64,000 nt of DNA. Source: Chrysomallon squamiferum (Eukaryota > Animalia > Mollusca). Below the pieces are notes generated by a model, which saw only the letters and a program-made list of their open reading frames with translations, made no database searches and was not told the origin of the DNA. The stretch lies in contig CM022667.1 in the NCBI GenBank assembly GCA_012295275.1, positions 14,694,001 to 14,758,000 of the forward strand, in the 5' to 3' direction. Positions 62,560 to 64,000 of the stretch are shown in pieces; positions within the stretch are counted from its first letter, which is position 1, and each line of letters opens with the position of its first letter. Both the position numbers and the translations under genes were made by a program.

Positions 62560-63010
62560 CACAAATTTTGGCAGACATAGCAAATCATCAAACTTACATA
62601 AGTCAAATGCATTAGAGACAGCAAAAAATTATCATTTATATTGAGACTTGAAAAGTGAACGAAGCCGTGTAACCGGTCGCCATGCTGTCGTTTCAGTCGT
62701 TTTATCTCTTTGACGTATGTCCTTTTTTCCATGTAATTTTCAGCTGGAGTTATGGAAGGAATATTTCTGTAAAAGAAGACAAACCTTGGTTCCATTTCAG
62801 AAGATCTGTTGTTCTAGGACTCAAATATCAGATGGTTGTCTGTCATTTCAATGTTCTGTTGTTAACGTTCTCTAAATGGCTTTAACAGTTTCAAATGACT
62901 AATTTGTAAATGTTGGTCTTGTTTTCAAAGAAGTTTTATCCAGGCTGAGAATCCTTTATTCGGATTTCGAAATGTGTCCGGCTTTGGAATACTGTTGATC
63001 CTCGATTTCA
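62560..63010 (-). mobile_element. Possible degraded LINE ORF1 remnant
   Basis: Broken frames EIEDQQYS... and KEIKRLKRQHGDRLHGFVHFSSLNIND loosely resemble LINE ORF1 motifs. Support is weak. Confidence 0.2.
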
Positions 63011-63184
63011 GATATAAAACGTATTGTAAAGCATATAAATACCAACAGCTCTCCCCAGAAAAAAAAATAACAGTATTTAAAATACAATGCTAAATATTAC
63101 CTTATCATAGAAAATAAGGTGCTGAGTACTACACTTTCATTAGCAGTGGAAATATTTGATCACTATCGAGATACTGAGACAGAC

Positions 63185-63245
<61 letters not shown>

Positions 63246-63440
63246 AAATAACTTAAAAGTGTCACATGACAATAAAACATTTTATGATACATTATTTACA
63301 TAAATGATATTATTATTTATCCTATTAGGTTCATAAGACACAAAAAACATTTTAACACATCTAATTTAAAAAAAAAAGAGTAATAATAATAAATAAAGGA
63401 TAGTAATATCATTATAAAAACGCACACATTTCCAGGGACT

Positions 63441-63483
<43 letters not shown>

Positions 63484-63788
63484 CTTTGTTGTTTTTTCTC
63501 TCAGGCTCTGTCTTTCACTCTTTCTAAATCTCCCTCAAACAAATAATGCATATAAAAAAAAAGCATTTATCCATGCTGAAAGATGCAGTATAAATTACTA
63601 ACACCAGTAACGACAATGAAACAACGAACCGACAAAACAAACAATGAATCAAACAAACAAACAAACAAACAAAGAATAAATAAATAAATAAATAAATCCA
63701 TAAAACGAAATTAAACAGTAGTGGAATATAAATAAACAAACTGACAAACAAATAAACAAAGAATAAATAATTAAATAAAGAAGTAATA

Positions 63789-64000
63789 ACAGGATACAAT
63801 TATTTTTCGTTCAAATAATAAATAATTGCTACAACAGCAACAAGACGTGCAATGTAATACGAGTAACATAAATCTACTCAGTGCAGGTTTTGTTTCTTTT
63901 TTCATTGCGGACATGGCGACTTAATTAGGTCAATTCAAATTGCATAAACGTTTCCGCAATCGTCGCACTATTCAGTCCTTCTAAACACTCATTTTACACA
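63789..64000 (+). repeat. Macin upstream segment, copy 2 (truncated by window end)
   Basis: Colinear, diverged copy of 60551-60760 at an offset of ~3.24 kb. Confidence 0.9.

Overview
AT-rich, microsatellite-dense, intron-containing animal DNA, probably a mollusc (inferred from the macin and PAN-EGF genes; the species cannot be determined). Most ORFs in the supplied track are microsatellite artefacts, so genes were rebuilt by hand from GT-AG phases. In order: the 3' end of a GPR158/179-like class C GPCR (+); SLC66A2/PQLC1 (-) head-to-head with TIMM21 (+); two tandem transglutaminases (-), one with a 1-nt frameshift just before the catalytic Cys; an uncharacterised secreted PAN-EGF-4x repeat protein (-); a 124-aa Trp-rich secreted protein that needs a GC-AG intron (-); an inverted, decayed paralog of the PAN-EGF gene with a near-identical tract and Tigger fragments (+); and a 10-Cys macin antimicrobial peptide with a 1-nt frameshift (+). 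The macin upstream region is duplicated at the window end, which predicts another macin just outside. The 23-64 kb segment reads as a duplicating cluster of cross-linking enzymes and secreted defence or barrier proteins (inference).
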